64,000 bases of DNA from Candidatus Bathyarchaeota archaeon (GCA_963840325.1 CAWIYM010000006.1:13698-77697), one strand, 5' to 3'. Shown: positions 29,599-40,286, counted from the first letter of the stretch. A program made the numbers and translations. The notes: a model not told the origin generated them from the sequence alone.

Positions 29599-30177
29599 TT
29601 AACCCACCAAGTTCGACAGAACCTCGTATGTTTTGAGGCTATCTTTTTTCTCGACCACCATGATGGTTTCTGTCCAACAGGAAATGAATTCGATAATGTT
29701 TACGTTTTGCTCAGCTAACAGGGTTGCTAGGAACGCGACAACTCCAGGAGTAGCTTCCAATTCCTCAGGTGAGTGAACAACAATCATAGTGCAATTGTCA
29801 TGTTTGACTAGTGTTGATATGCGTTCCGGCAAGTCGCTCCGGTCAAGCAAGTAAACAAATTTGCCCATTAAGTCAACCTTCATGCCTGTTTGTGAGGGCA
29901 ATTCTTTGCTTGTTATAATGACAGATTTTCGGTCGTAAACAGCTATGTTACTGCGTTTGAGGAGTTGGAGAACTTTTTCCTCCCTTTTCTGCTTATGCTT
30001 TTGCAGTTCTTCTGAGTATCGACGCAGAGCAGCTTTTATGGCGCTGGTATCGCTGGTTTTTAGTTCCTTCTGGATTTGCCTCGATAGCTCGCTTAGATTA
30101 ACAATGCCCTTTTCCAGGGCTTCGAGTAGGTAGGGTTTATTTCGCAGGTGACTTCTGACGTTTTGAGCTACAGTCAT
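29599..30177 (-). CDS. Archaeal ACT-domain protein with N-terminal helical/HTH-like region
   Basis: GIVNLSELSRQI N-terminus; TPGVVAFLATLLAEQNVNIIEFISCWTET ACT-like C-terminus. Confidence 0.8.
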   Translation of the reverse strand: MTVAQNVRSHLRNKPYLLEALEKGIVNLSELSRQIQKELKTSDTSAIKAALRRYSEELQKHKQKREEKVLQLLKRSNIAVYDRKSVIITSKELPSQTGMKVDLMGKFVYLLDRSDLPERISTLVKHDNCTMIVVHSPEELEATPGVVAFLATLLAEQNVNIIEFISCWTETIMVVEKKDSLKTYEVLSNLVG

Positions 30178-30203
30178 GGCGTTCTGTGAATGTATCAAAT
30201 GGG

Positions 30204-30248
30204 ACATTTAAAGCTTGTTAAGTAACAAAAAAGTCACAAGGTTTAAAA
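30204..30248 (+). promoter_or_regulatory. Bidirectional promoter between ACT gene and argG with the same operator-like box as the lysW promoter
   Basis: GTAACAAAAAAGTCACAAGGTTTAAAA at 30222-30248; reverse TATA CATTTAAAG at 30205; inverted repeat TTGTTA-AG-TAACAA at 30215-30228. Confidence 0.7.
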
Positions 30249-30304
30249 ATACAGCGCTCAAGGTAAGGGAAACAATTTATAATAAAAAATGGGGGAGCAA
30301 ACAA

Positions 30305-31522
30305 ATAAACGATAAATTTGTATTAGCGTACTCAGGCGGATTAGACACATCCGTGTTAATCAAATACCTCCAAGAAAAATGTAACGCACAAGTAATAACA
30401 GTAACCGTTGACGTTGGCCAACAAGAAGATATCCAAGCGGCTGAGGAAAAAGCCAAAAAACTCGGCGTCATCAAACATTTCTCAATCGACGCCAAAGACG
30501 AGTTCGCTAAAGAATACATTTTCCCAGCAATCAAAGCCAACGCACTCTACGAAGGCAAATACCCTATCAGTACAAGCCTATCCAGACCATTAATCGCCAA
30601 AAAGATGGTTGAAATCGCCGAAAAAGAAGGCGCAACAAGCTTAGTTCATGGTTGCACGGGAAGAGGAAACGACCAAGTCCGCTTCGACATTACACTCGGT
30701 GCATTAGCTCCAGATATGAAAATTATCGCTCCCGTACGTGAGTGGGGCTTGACTCGCGACGAGGAAATCGCCTATGCAAAAACCAAAGGCATCCCCGTTT
30801 CCAATGCAGCTAAAAAATATAGCATAGACGCAAGCGTTTGGGGACGAGCTATCGAATGTGGCTTACTTGAAGATGCTAGTCAAGCGCCTCCAGACGATGC
30901 TTACGAATGGACCATTGCTCCTGAAAAAGCCCCAGACAAGGCAGAGATAGTCACAATTCAGTTTGAAACTGGAGTTCCCGTTGCTGTAAATGGCAAAAAA
31001 ATGGCTCCGCTCGCATTAATTGAAGAAGTCAATAAAATTGCAGGAAGAAATGGCGTTGGCCGTATAGACCACATCGAAGACCGTATAGTTGGTTTGAAAT
31101 CTCGTGAAGTTTACGAGTGCCCCGCGGCAACAGTGATTTTGGAAGCGCACAAAGACCTTGAAAAAATGGTCATGACGCGACATGAGGTTCTCTTCAAGCA
31201 GCAAATCGATGCAGAATGGGTATTTTTAGCCTACGCTGGATTGTGGGTTGACCCCTTAAAAGATGACTTAGATGCCTTCATCAATAAATCCCAAGAAAAC
31301 GTCACAGGCGAAGTCAAACTAAAACTATACAAAGGCGGCCTCCAAGTCATCGGACGCAGCTCACCAAACTCACTCTACGACAAAAACCTAGCCAACTACA
31401 ACATTAAAACCAGCTTTAACCAATCCTATAGCAAAGGCTTCATCGAACTGTGGGGTTTACAAACAAGAATGTACAACTCGCTCAAGAAGGCGAGCAAGAA
31501 ACCCAAGGCAAAGAAAGAATAA
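30305..31522 (+). CDS. argG: Argininosuccinate synthase (start uncertain)
   Basis: VLAYSGGLDTS, HGCTGRGNDQVRF, KSREVYE; start placed at in-frame ATA 7 nt after SD GGGGGAG. Confidence 0.95.
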   Translation: MNDKFVLAYSGGLDTSVLIKYLQEKCNAQVITVTVDVGQQEDIQAAEEKAKKLGVIKHFSIDAKDEFAKEYIFPAIKANALYEGKYPISTSLSRPLIAKKMVEIAEKEGATSLVHGCTGRGNDQVRFDITLGALAPDMKIIAPVREWGLTRDEEIAYAKTKGIPVSNAAKKYSIDASVWGRAIECGLLEDASQAPPDDAYEWTIAPEKAPDKAEIVTIQFETGVPVAVNGKKMAPLALIEEVNKIAGRNGVGRIDHIEDRIVGLKSREVYECPAATVILEAHKDLEKMVMTRHEVLFKQQIDAEWVFLAYAGLWVDPLKDDLDAFINKSQENVTGEVKLKLYKGGLQVIGRSSPNSLYDKNLANYNIKTSFNQSYSKGFIELWGLQTRMYNSLKKASKKPKAKKE

Positions 31523-31571
31523 TTTTCCCTAAATAGAGATAAATGGATGGAGGACGAAAGAAACGTCAAAG

Positions 31572-33074
31572 ATGCTGCATGGAGGAAGATTGGGCAATGT
31601 CAGAGAAGACATTGCAAAGTTTACCTCCTCACGCAAAGATGATGCACGCTTAGCTGACGCTGTTTTAGCCATAAACAAAGCCCATGTCGTAATGCTCATG
31701 GAGCAGAAAATTATTCAGTGGCAAGATGGCACAAAAATTCTCTCGGCCCTCCAAAAACAAGACAGCCAAAAACTCGACCCCAACGCCGAAGACGTACACA
31801 TGGCGGTTGAGGAAGCGGTTTTGGCTGAAACAGGTCCTGATGTAGGCGGAAACCTGCATATTGCTAAAAGCAGAAACGACCAAGTCACGACCGCTATTCG
31901 TATGGCACTGCGCAAAGAACTGCTCAATATGATACAGCAAGTAATAGACATGCAGGAAAGTCTTCTATCAACCGCAAACAAACACACCAAAACCGTCATC
32001 TTAGCCTACACTCACTTGCAACCAGCCCAACCAGTCACCTTTGCACACTATTTGCTCTCACACGTCAACGGGTTAGGACGCGACTTGCAAAGATTGCGGA
32101 ATGTTTACGAACATGTTAATCTTTGCCCTCTTGGCGCTGGAGCATTGGCAACTACAAGTTTTCCCATAAACCGGAAAACAACCGCTGAACTCTTAGGCTT
32201 CGACGCAGTATTAGAGAATTCGATTGATGCAGTTGGCAGTCGAGACTTCATCCTTGAAACCCAATCCGCATTAACTTTGCTTGCAGTTAATTTGAGCCGT
32301 TTAGCTGAAGATCTAATAATCTGGAGTTCGCCAGAGTTTGGCACAGTTGAGTTGCCCGATGAATTCACCTCAACAAGTAGCATCATGCCTCAAAAGAAAA
32401 ATCCTGAAGTTCTCGAAGTTATCCGTGCAAGAGCAAGCTATGCTTTAGGAGATTTTGTAGCTTCAGCCGCCGCCCTCAAGAGCTTGCCATCAACCTATAA
32501 CCTTGATTTCCAAGAGATAACGCCAAAGCTTTGGGCATCAATCGACAACCTTGCTGCTTCTTTAACCATATTCATGAAACTCATTCCTAACCTGAAAGTT
32601 TCCTCAAACGTTGAAGGCAAAGCTGCAGCAGGATTCGTTGGGGCAACTGAACTAGCTAACATGCTCGTGCGCAAGTATAATGTTGCTTTCCGAACATCCC
32701 ACAAGATAGTAGGGGCTTTAGTCAAGGCGCTAATTGATTCAAAACAGACTCTACTCAATGCCACACCTGAATTGCTTAACAAAATAGGTCAGGAAGCGGC
32801 AGGAATCAAATTAACGGTCAAAAAAGCAGACATAGTTGAATGCACAAATCCAGGCAAACTAATCGAAACCTATAAAGTACAAGGCGGTCCATCACCCGCA
32901 GAGGTCGAAAGAGCAATCACATCAACAAACAAAACTCTGACACAGACAAAAACAAACATAACCCAGCTCAAAGCAAACCTTGCTAACGCAGAAAATACCC
33001 TTAACTCGACCGTGGAATCACACTCTCAATCAGAATCTTCCAGAAAAGGAAAACTTAAAAATTCAAAGTCATAG
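31572..33074 (+). CDS. argH: Argininosuccinate lyase (may start at ACG 31563)
   Basis: EDVH, SRNDQ, YTHLQPAQP, SSIMPQKKNP. Confidence 0.95.
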   Translation: MLHGGRLGNVREDIAKFTSSRKDDARLADAVLAINKAHVVMLMEQKIIQWQDGTKILSALQKQDSQKLDPNAEDVHMAVEEAVLAETGPDVGGNLHIAKSRNDQVTTAIRMALRKELLNMIQQVIDMQESLLSTANKHTKTVILAYTHLQPAQPVTFAHYLLSHVNGLGRDLQRLRNVYEHVNLCPLGAGALATTSFPINRKTTAELLGFDAVLENSIDAVGSRDFILETQSALTLLAVNLSRLAEDLIIWSSPEFGTVELPDEFTSTSSIMPQKKNPEVLEVIRARASYALGDFVASAAALKSLPSTYNLDFQEITPKLWASIDNLAASLTIFMKLIPNLKVSSNVEGKAAAGFVGATELANMLVRKYNVAFRTSHKIVGALVKALIDSKQTLLNATPELLNKIGQEAAGIKLTVKKADIVECTNPGKLIETYKVQGGPSPAEVERAITSTNKTLTQTKTNITQLKANLANAENTLNSTVESHSQSESSRKGKLKNSKS

Positions 33075-33087
33075 GTTGAATAGGGCT

Positions 33088-34236
33088 TTGGTCCCACAAT
33101 ATAGCACATCAAACAAAAATAAAAAAGCAATACTGCTTCTTGAAGACGGAACGTCATTTATTGGTAAAGGTTTTGGTGCAACAGGAAAAATCTCTGGGGA
33201 AGTGGTTTTTTCAACCCAGATGGTTGGTTACCCCGAAGCGCTGACCGACCCATCGTATAAAGGGCAAGTTTTAACTTTCACTTATCCAATGGTAGGAAAC
33301 TATGGAGTTCCATCCAACGAATTAAACCTTGGACTTCCACTTTACTTCGAATCCGACCATATCCAGGTCCAAGGGCTTGTCATCCATGAACTCTGTGATG
33401 AACCATTCCATTGGGCATCAACAAGAACCCTCGACAAATGGCTAGAAGACGAAGGCGTGCCAGGCATCTACGGCATAGACACAAGACGCCTAACAAAGAA
33501 ACTCCGAACCCACGGAGTCATGTTGGGTATCATCCAGGTTTTTGAAGCAGGTGAAGAACCCGATTTAGATGCAATTTTAAGAAACGGGAAAAACATCGCT
33601 GATCCTAACCAGACGGACCTAGTTAAGGAAGTCTCAGTCAAAAAGCCGTGTAAATACACCGTTGAAGATGCGAAAAAGAGCGTGGTCTTAATCGACTGCG
33701 GCGTTAAATACAGCATCATCCGCAACCTCCTCAAACGGGGCATCAACGTAACCCGAGTGCCCTATGACACTTCAGCCAGCGAAATTCTCTCTTACAACCC
33801 AGATGGGGTATTTCTGAGCAATGGTCCAGGCGACCCAAAGAAATGCACCAAAACAATCGAGGCAATCCGCGAGTTGTCAGAGAAAGTTCCTTTAATGGGT
33901 ATCTGCCTTGGCGCACAAATCCTGGCATTATCAATGGGCGGAGATACATACAAACTAAAGTTTGGTCACCGCGCCCAAAACCAACCAGCCCTTGACCTAA
34001 ACAATAACCGCTGTTACATCACCACCCAAAACCACGGCTACGCCATAAACTTAGACTCACTAAAGAAAACACCCCTCGAACCCTGGTTTATCAATCCCAA
34101 CGATAAAACCACTGAAGGCATCAAACACAAATGCAAACCTGTATTCGCCGTGCAGTGGCATCCTGAAGCTTCACCAGGACCATACGACACCGAACTGCTA
34201 TTTGATAAATTTGCCAAAACTTTGGAGGCTCCTTAA
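33088..34236 (+). CDS. carA: Carbamoyl-phosphate synthase small subunit
   Basis: LEDGT, GEVVFST, LSNGPGDP, GICLG, QNHGY, QWHPE; TTG start at 33088 or 33076. Confidence 0.96.
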   Translation: MVPQYSTSNKNKKAILLLEDGTSFIGKGFGATGKISGEVVFSTQMVGYPEALTDPSYKGQVLTFTYPMVGNYGVPSNELNLGLPLYFESDHIQVQGLVIHELCDEPFHWASTRTLDKWLEDEGVPGIYGIDTRRLTKKLRTHGVMLGIIQVFEAGEEPDLDAILRNGKNIADPNQTDLVKEVSVKKPCKYTVEDAKKSVVLIDCGVKYSIIRNLLKRGINVTRVPYDTSASEILSYNPDGVFLSNGPGDPKKCTKTIEAIRELSEKVPLMGICLGAQILALSMGGDTYKLKFGHRAQNQPALDLNNNRCYITTQNHGYAINLDSLKKTPLEPWFINPNDKTTEGIKHKCKPVFAVQWHPEASPGPYDTELLFDKFAKTLEAP

Positions 34237-34238
34237 GT

Positions 34239-37200
34239 ATGCCAAAGTTTGATTGGATAAAGAAAGTTCTGGTTCTCGGTAGTGGTGCAATTAAAATCGG
34301 TGAAGCGGCAGAATTTGACTACAGCGGCAGCCAATGCCTCAAAGCTCTTCGTGAAGAAGGCATAGAAACCGTTCTGATTAACCCTAACATTGCCACCATC
34401 CAAACTGACCCCCGCCTCTCAGGCAAAGTGTACCTTCTCCCAGTCACCCCAGAATTTGTGGAGAAAGTCATCGCGAAGGAACGCCCAGACGGTATCCTGC
34501 TGGGCTTTGGTGGACAAACCGCTCTTAACTGTGGCTTAGAACTTGAAAAGACAGGTATTCTGCAAAAGTATAATGTTAAAGTTTTAGGCACACCCGTCCA
34601 AGCCATTGAAGATACAGGCGACCGAGAAAGGTTCCGTCAAGCTATGGAAAAAGCAGGTGTACCATTCCTAAAAAGCCAAGCCGCTACCAGCGTAAAACAG
34701 GCGATGGAGATTGCTAACGATATCGGCTACCCCGTAATGGTTCGTGTAGCTTACACTTTGGGCGGTAAAGGTGCAGGCGTTGCTCACAACATCAAAGAAC
34801 TCAAAGAAATTGTAACCATTGGTATTGCGCAGAGCAGAATCAACCAGGTCCTTGTAGAAGAGTACGTTGGGCACTGGAAAGAAGTTGAGTATGAAGTTAT
34901 GCGTGACTACGCAGATAACTGCTTAACTGTGTGCAACATGGAAAACTTTGACCCCATGGGTATCCACACAGGCGATAGTATAGTTGTCGCACCTTCTCAA
35001 ACCATGACTAACCGCGAATACCACCAGATTCGCTCAATCTCCATAAACGCAATACGCAGCCTCGGCATCGTGGGCGAATGCAATATTCAATGGGCGCTTC
35101 ACCCCAAATCTGAGGAGTGCCGCGTCATCGAAGTAAATTCCCGTATGTCACGTAGCTCTGCGCTCGCTAGCAAAGTCACAGGTTACCCACTTGCTTACAT
35201 AGCTACAAAACTTACTTTGGGCTATACTCTTCCTGAATTAATCAATAAAGTCACCGAAGTCACAACCGCCTGCTTTGAACCAGCACTCGACTACATTACC
35301 GTTAAAATCCCCCGTTGGGATTTGCAGAAATTTAAGAATGCCGATCGACATGTAGGTCCGCAAATGCGTTCCGTTGGCGAGGTCATGGCTATTGGCCGCT
35401 GCTTCGAGGAAGCGCTCCAAAAAGCTGTTCGCATGCTTGATATCGGCAAGATAGGACTCGTCTGCAACCCCGAAGATTCAGAACCCGAGTCTGAAGAGCG
35501 CCTCAGAGATGAGATGGCACACCCCACTGACGAACGCCTCTACAAGATTGCCAAAGCCCTCAAAATCGGCATCCCAATAATGGAGATTTACCGCTTAAGC
35601 GGTGTCGATCCCTTCTTCCTCTACAAGATCCAAAACATCGTTGACATGGAAACAAAGCTTCGCAGCCTAAACCTTGCAGAGGAATCGGCTGTAGAAACCA
35701 TACGCGAAGCAAAACGTTTAGGCTTCTCTGATGAGCAAATTGCTGAATGCCAAAAAACAGATGAATTTACTATTAGAGCATTTAGAAAGAAGGCTAACAT
35801 TATCCCAGCAATCAAACAAATCGACACTTTGGCAGCCGAGTGGCCAGCTAAAACCAACTACCTCTACCTCACATACGGTGGAGACGAAGACGACATAGAA
35901 CTTTCAACAACCGAAAGCAAAGTAATCGTGCTGGGCGCCGGAGTCTTTCGAATCGGTTCAAGCGTAGAGTTCGACTGGTGCGGCGTTAACACCATCTGGG
36001 CACTCAAGAAGAACGGTATAAAAGAAGCCATAATGGTCAACTACAATCCCGAAACCGTCTCAACTGACTATGACGTCTCCGACAAACTCTACTTTGAAGA
36101 ATTAACAATCGAACGTATTTTAGACATCTACGAAAAAGAAAACCCCTTAGGCATAATCACAAGCGTGGGCGGACAAATCCCAAACAACCTATCCATGACG
36201 CTCTCAAAAGTAGGCGTTAAAATTTTGGGCACATCAGCGGAGAACGTGGATTTGGCGGAAGACCGCTCAAAATTCAGTGCACTCCTCGACCAGCTGGAAA
36301 TATGCCAGCCGAGCTGGAGCAAACTCCTCTCAATTGACGATGCGAAACGGTTTGCACAAAAAATCGGTTATCCAGTTTTAGTGCGACCCAGCTATGTCCT
36401 GTCGGGGTCAGCGATGCGTGTCGCCTACAACGAAACGTCACTGGAAAACTTCCTTAACTTAGCCGCAAAAGTCTCACGAGACCATCCAGTAGTAATTAGC
36501 AAATTCATAACTCAAGCCAAAGAAGTCGAAGTTGATGGTGTTTCCGATGGAGAAAACGTTTTTATCGGCGCCATAATGGAGCATGTTGAGAACGCGGGTG
36601 TCCACAGCGGCGACGCAACAATGACTATTCCACCTCAGGCACTCAAAATTGAGGTTCAAAAGAAAATAGAGGAATGCACACAGAGCATTGTGAAGGCCCT
36701 GCAAATTCACGGACCTTACAACATCCAGTATCTCGTAAAAGACGACGTAGTCAACGTCATCGAATGCAACCTAAGAGCCTCCCGTTCCATGCCCTTCGTT
36801 AGCAAGACTCGGGGCATAAACATGATTGAATTAGCAACTTTGGCGATGCTGGGAAAAAAAATTGACAGCATCAAACTTTCTCCCATGACTGTTGCGCCTC
36901 ACGTTGGAGTGAAGGTCCCGCAGTTTAGCTTCATGCGCCTTAGTGGTGCCGATCCAGTTCTGGGAGTAGAAATGCTCAGCACAGGTGAGGTAGCATGTTT
37001 AGGTGAAAACTTTTCCGATGCTTTCTCCAAGGCTTTGCAGTCTGCGGAATTCACTATTCCACCTAAAGATGGCAAAGTGTTCATCAGTGTCGGAGGCGAT
37101 GAGGCGCGCAAGACTAGAGTTGTGCCGATTGCCAAAGCGCTAGCTGAAATGGGCTTCAAAATCTATGCAACCCAACACACCGCTGACGTGCTCAATGCTC

Positions 37201-37514
37201 ATAGCGTCACTGCTATAGTTCTCTATAAGGTCAAAGACGCTCAAGTTAGCCCTAACATAATGGATTACTTGCAGGAACGCAAAATCGATTTAGTCATCAA
37301 CGTACCCATTGCCAATAGACGATCAAGCTTCTCTGACATCCTAACCGACGGCTATATCATAAGGCGCCAGGCAGTAGAATTCAACATACCAGTCATTACC
37401 AACCTACAACTTGCGGCTGCACTCGTCGAAGTTCTAAAGCAGAAAGGACAAAACGGCAACTCGGTTCGAAGCCTAAACGAATACATGGACGACTTACCCT
37501 GGAAACAGTGGTAA
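34239..37514 (+). CDS. carB: Carbamoyl-phosphate synthase large subunit
   Basis: GSGAIKIGEAAEFDYSG, duplicated ATP-grasp halves, C-terminal MGS-like domain. Confidence 0.97.
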   Translation: MPKFDWIKKVLVLGSGAIKIGEAAEFDYSGSQCLKALREEGIETVLINPNIATIQTDPRLSGKVYLLPVTPEFVEKVIAKERPDGILLGFGGQTALNCGLELEKTGILQKYNVKVLGTPVQAIEDTGDRERFRQAMEKAGVPFLKSQAATSVKQAMEIANDIGYPVMVRVAYTLGGKGAGVAHNIKELKEIVTIGIAQSRINQVLVEEYVGHWKEVEYEVMRDYADNCLTVCNMENFDPMGIHTGDSIVVAPSQTMTNREYHQIRSISINAIRSLGIVGECNIQWALHPKSEECRVIEVNSRMSRSSALASKVTGYPLAYIATKLTLGYTLPELINKVTEVTTACFEPALDYITVKIPRWDLQKFKNADRHVGPQMRSVGEVMAIGRCFEEALQKAVRMLDIGKIGLVCNPEDSEPESEERLRDEMAHPTDERLYKIAKALKIGIPIMEIYRLSGVDPFFLYKIQNIVDMETKLRSLNLAEESAVETIREAKRLGFSDEQIAECQKTDEFTIRAFRKKANIIPAIKQIDTLAAEWPAKTNYLYLTYGGDEDDIELSTTESKVIVLGAGVFRIGSSVEFDWCGVNTIWALKKNGIKEAIMVNYNPETVSTDYDVSDKLYFEELTIERILDIYEKENPLGIITSVGGQIPNNLSMTLSKVGVKILGTSAENVDLAEDRSKFSALLDQLEICQPSWSKLLSIDDAKRFAQKIGYPVLVRPSYVLSGSAMRVAYNETSLENFLNLAAKVSRDHPVVISKFITQAKEVEVDGVSDGENVFIGAIMEHVENAGVHSGDATMTIPPQALKIEVQKKIEECTQSIVKALQIHGPYNIQYLVKDDVVNVIECNLRASRSMPFVSKTRGINMIELATLAMLGKKIDSIKLSPMTVAPHVGVKVPQFSFMRLSGADPVLGVEMLSTGEVACLGENFSDAFSKALQSAEFTIPPKDGKVFISVGGDEARKTRVVPIAKALAEMGFKIYATQHTADVLNAHSVTAIVLYKVKDAQVSPNIMDYLQERKIDLVINVPIANRRSSFSDILTDGYIIRRQAVEFNIPVITNLQLAAALVEVLKQKGQNGNSVRSLNEYMDDLPWKQW

Positions 37515-37615
37515 ATCCAATAGTTCTTTGCATCTCCCAATTATAAATAATGAGTTTTTACGCAAAAAATATATTCTTGCCCCACCTTCTCGATTGAGCA
37601 TCAGGGTAACCTACT

Positions 37616-39118
37616 TTGTCTAACCAAGCTAAGACTCGGACAGTAGAAGAAATTAACCAGAAAATCCGCAAAGGCGACGCTCAAGTTTTAACCGCGGAAG
37701 AAATGAAAAAACTAGTCGAGAGCAGCGGTGTCGAAGTTGCATTCAAAGAAGTTGATGTTGTTACCACTGGCACTTTTGGAGCCATGTGCTCATCTGGCGC
37801 CGTAGTAAACCTTGGGCACTCAGACCCGCCTATAAAGATTGAGAAGGCATGGATAAACGACGTAGACGTCTGCCACCCAGGTGCAGCCGTGGACTTGTTC
37901 ATTGGAGCTACAAACATGTCTGAGAAACTGCCCTTCGAATACGGAGGAGGACATGTTATCCAAGACCTTGTAGCTGGGCAAGAGGTTGAACTTCGAGCAA
38001 CCTCATACGGAACCGATTGCTACCCAAGAACCTCGTTAAAGACAACTTTGACAAAAGACGATTTAAACCAGTTTTACCTGCTTAACTTCCGTAACTGTTA
38101 CCAGCGTTACAACTGTGCTGTGAACAGCAGTGACAAAACTATATACACTTACATGAGTAAACTTTTGCCCAGATTTCGAAATGCTACTTATTCGGGTGCA
38201 GGCGAACTGAATCCCCTCATGAATGACCCAGACTACGAAACAATGGGAATGGGAACCCGTATCTTCCTCGGCGGAGGTCAAGGCTACATTATTGGCGAGG
38301 GCACGCAGCATAGCCCCAAAAATCTTAATGGAACACTGATGGTTAAAGGTGATGCAAAAAAGATGTCGCCTGAATTCCTGCAAGGCGCCGCCTTCACTGG
38401 CTATGGCACTTCACTTTACGTAGGTTTAGGTATCCCGATTCCGATTCTAAATGAAGGTTTAGCTAAAAAAACTGCCATTCAAGACAAGGATATTTTAACA
38501 GACATCGTCGACTACAGCGTCCCACGCCGCGACCGACCAAAATTTGGGCAAGCCAGCTACAAGGAACTAAAATCAGGCTCTATAACCGTTAATGGCAAAA
38601 AAATCCGTGTAAGCTCCCTCTCAAGCCTAAAGATGGCAAAGAAAGTTTCTCAAACCCTAAAGTCATGGATTAACGAAGGCACATTTTTCTTAACCTCGCC
38701 CATCGAACGGTTGCCCACTAACACTGTCTTCAAGCCAATGAGGCAAACCGAGGAAATACCCTTCGTAGTCAGCGTCATGCATCAAGCTATCACATGCACC
38801 GAGGACGAAGAGATACAAGCGATTGCAAAACGCATAGTCACCAAATCAGTTAACCACATAGTCGTTGTGGATGAAGCGGGCAAATTACTTGGAATCGTAA
38901 CCTCGTGGGACGTCACTCGGGCTATGGCTGAAGGCAAAACAGCATTAGCAGACATTGAATCCCACAATGTAGTCACCGCCAAACCCGACGAGCCACTGGA
39001 GATTGCTTCTAGACGCATGGCACAAAACAACATCTCAGCATTGCCTGTTATTGATATTGAACGAAAAGTGCTCGGCATTATTACAGCCGAAGACGTATCT
39101 AAACTGTTAGGACGGTAA
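37616..39118 (+). CDS. DUF39-CBS homocysteine biosynthesis protein (aspartate-semialdehyde sulfurtransferase, MA1821/MJ0100-like)
   Basis: DVVTTGTFGAMCSSG, AAVDLFIGAT, RNCYQ.Y, IYTYM, C-terminal CBS pair. Confidence 0.92.
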   Translation: MSNQAKTRTVEEINQKIRKGDAQVLTAEEMKKLVESSGVEVAFKEVDVVTTGTFGAMCSSGAVVNLGHSDPPIKIEKAWINDVDVCHPGAAVDLFIGATNMSEKLPFEYGGGHVIQDLVAGQEVELRATSYGTDCYPRTSLKTTLTKDDLNQFYLLNFRNCYQRYNCAVNSSDKTIYTYMSKLLPRFRNATYSGAGELNPLMNDPDYETMGMGTRIFLGGGQGYIIGEGTQHSPKNLNGTLMVKGDAKKMSPEFLQGAAFTGYGTSLYVGLGIPIPILNEGLAKKTAIQDKDILTDIVDYSVPRRDRPKFGQASYKELKSGSITVNGKKIRVSSLSSLKMAKKVSQTLKSWINEGTFFLTSPIERLPTNTVFKPMRQTEEIPFVVSVMHQAITCTEDEEIQAIAKRIVTKSVNHIVVVDEAGKLLGIVTSWDVTRAMAEGKTALADIESHNVVTAKPDEPLEIASRRMAQNNISALPVIDIERKVLGIITAEDVSKLLGR

Positions 39119-39122
39119 AAGG

Positions 39123-39557
39123 ATGGCAAGAATTCTCATAAGGTTCGACGAAGACCAAGTTTCAGAACCAATAGCATCCCAAATAATCATAGAATACAAA
39201 GTTCCCATGGCGATTTTATCAGCGCATATTAACTCGAAAGGGGGAGAAATTCTCGCCGAAGTTCCCGACAATATACTTGAGAAAGTCGTTAACGCTTTCC
39301 GCCAAAGAGGCGTCTCAGTAAGTGTGCCCAAACTAATTGAGGTTGACAGCGAAAAATGCTTCAGTTGCGGCAGCTGTATTGCGCTTTGCCCTGTAGAAGC
39401 CATCAGCTTAGCTAATGACTCCACCGTGCAGTTTGACAAGGAGAGATGCGTTGGTAGCACCTGCAGCGTTTGCGTTGACGCTTGCCCAGCTCGAGCCATA
39501 AAATCAATCAAACAAAACAGCCTTGAGAATCCAGCTAATAGGAAAAAGAAAAGTTGA
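39123..39557 (+). CDS. NIL domain + 4Fe-4S ferredoxin (MA1822-like partner)
   Basis: N-terminal NIL-like domain; CFSCGSCIALCP and CVGSTCSVCVDACP. Confidence 0.88.
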   Translation: MARILIRFDEDQVSEPIASQIIIEYKVPMAILSAHINSKGGEILAEVPDNILEKVVNAFRQRGVSVSVPKLIEVDSEKCFSCGSCIALCPVEAISLANDSTVQFDKERCVGSTCSVCVDACPARAIKSIKQNSLENPANRKKKS

Positions 39558-40264
39558 CGGGAGAACTTTTCAAAAAACATTTTACGCATAAAGATTCGCA
39601 ATGCATAATAATTTCTGATAGCCAAAAAGCCATAAAATCTGGCATAGAATCTATTAAACACAACTACCAAGAACTTGAACTCTTTGTACGGGTTAATCCC
39701 AAGTTTTTGTATACGCTAACGCCGATTCCTGTACCAGAAAAGCCTATTGTAGCTAAATTAATGGCATTGGCTGCGCAAAAAGCGGATGTGGGTCCAATGG
39801 CGGCGGTTGCAGGAGCCATAGCTGACTTAGCTGTAGAAGATATGAAGCACGAAGGCTGCGAAGTCGCGGTTGTAGAGGATGGCGGCGAAATCTCGGCAGC
39901 CTCAAATAGACCCGTTGATGTGGCGGTTGCCGCTGGAGAAGAACCTCTTTCAAAACACTTCGGCTTCCGTCTCACAGAATTTCCAATCGGCGTCGCCACC
40001 AGCTCTGGACGCTTCAGCCACGCACTTAGTTTTGGGGATGCCGAAGCCGCAATTGTTTTCTGCAAAGATGCCACCTTAGCAGATGCGGCAGCTACAGCTG
40101 TTGGCAACGTGGTTAGAGGCCAAGATACACAGACCGGGCTTCAAGCAGGAATAACCAAAGGAATGTCAATTAAAGGGGTTGAGGGTGTACTCATAATCTA
40201 CAAAGGACAGGTAGGTACGGCTGGAAAGATACCGCAGATAATAAAAATAAAACCAGACAGATAA
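39554..40264 (+). CDS. UPF0280/COG2122 ApbE-like protein (sulfide assimilation)
   Basis: VGPMAAVAGAIA, EDGGEI, TSSG..SHALSFGDA, LADAAATAVGN. Confidence 0.92.
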   Translation: MTGELFKKHFTHKDSQCIIISDSQKAIKSGIESIKHNYQELELFVRVNPKFLYTLTPIPVPEKPIVAKLMALAAQKADVGPMAAVAGAIADLAVEDMKHEGCEVAVVEDGGEISAASNRPVDVAVAAGEEPLSKHFGFRLTEFPIGVATSSGRFSHALSFGDAEAAIVFCKDATLADAAATAVGNVVRGQDTQTGLQAGITKGMSIKGVEGVLIIYKGQVGTAGKIPQIIKIKPDR

Positions 40265-40286
40265 TGGTGGCTTAAAAATTTTGGTT

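Noticed and set aside
39107-39670. 187-aa antisense ORF and many similar shadow ORFs opposite core genes
   Set aside because: They overlap well-supported genes on the other strand and lack motifs
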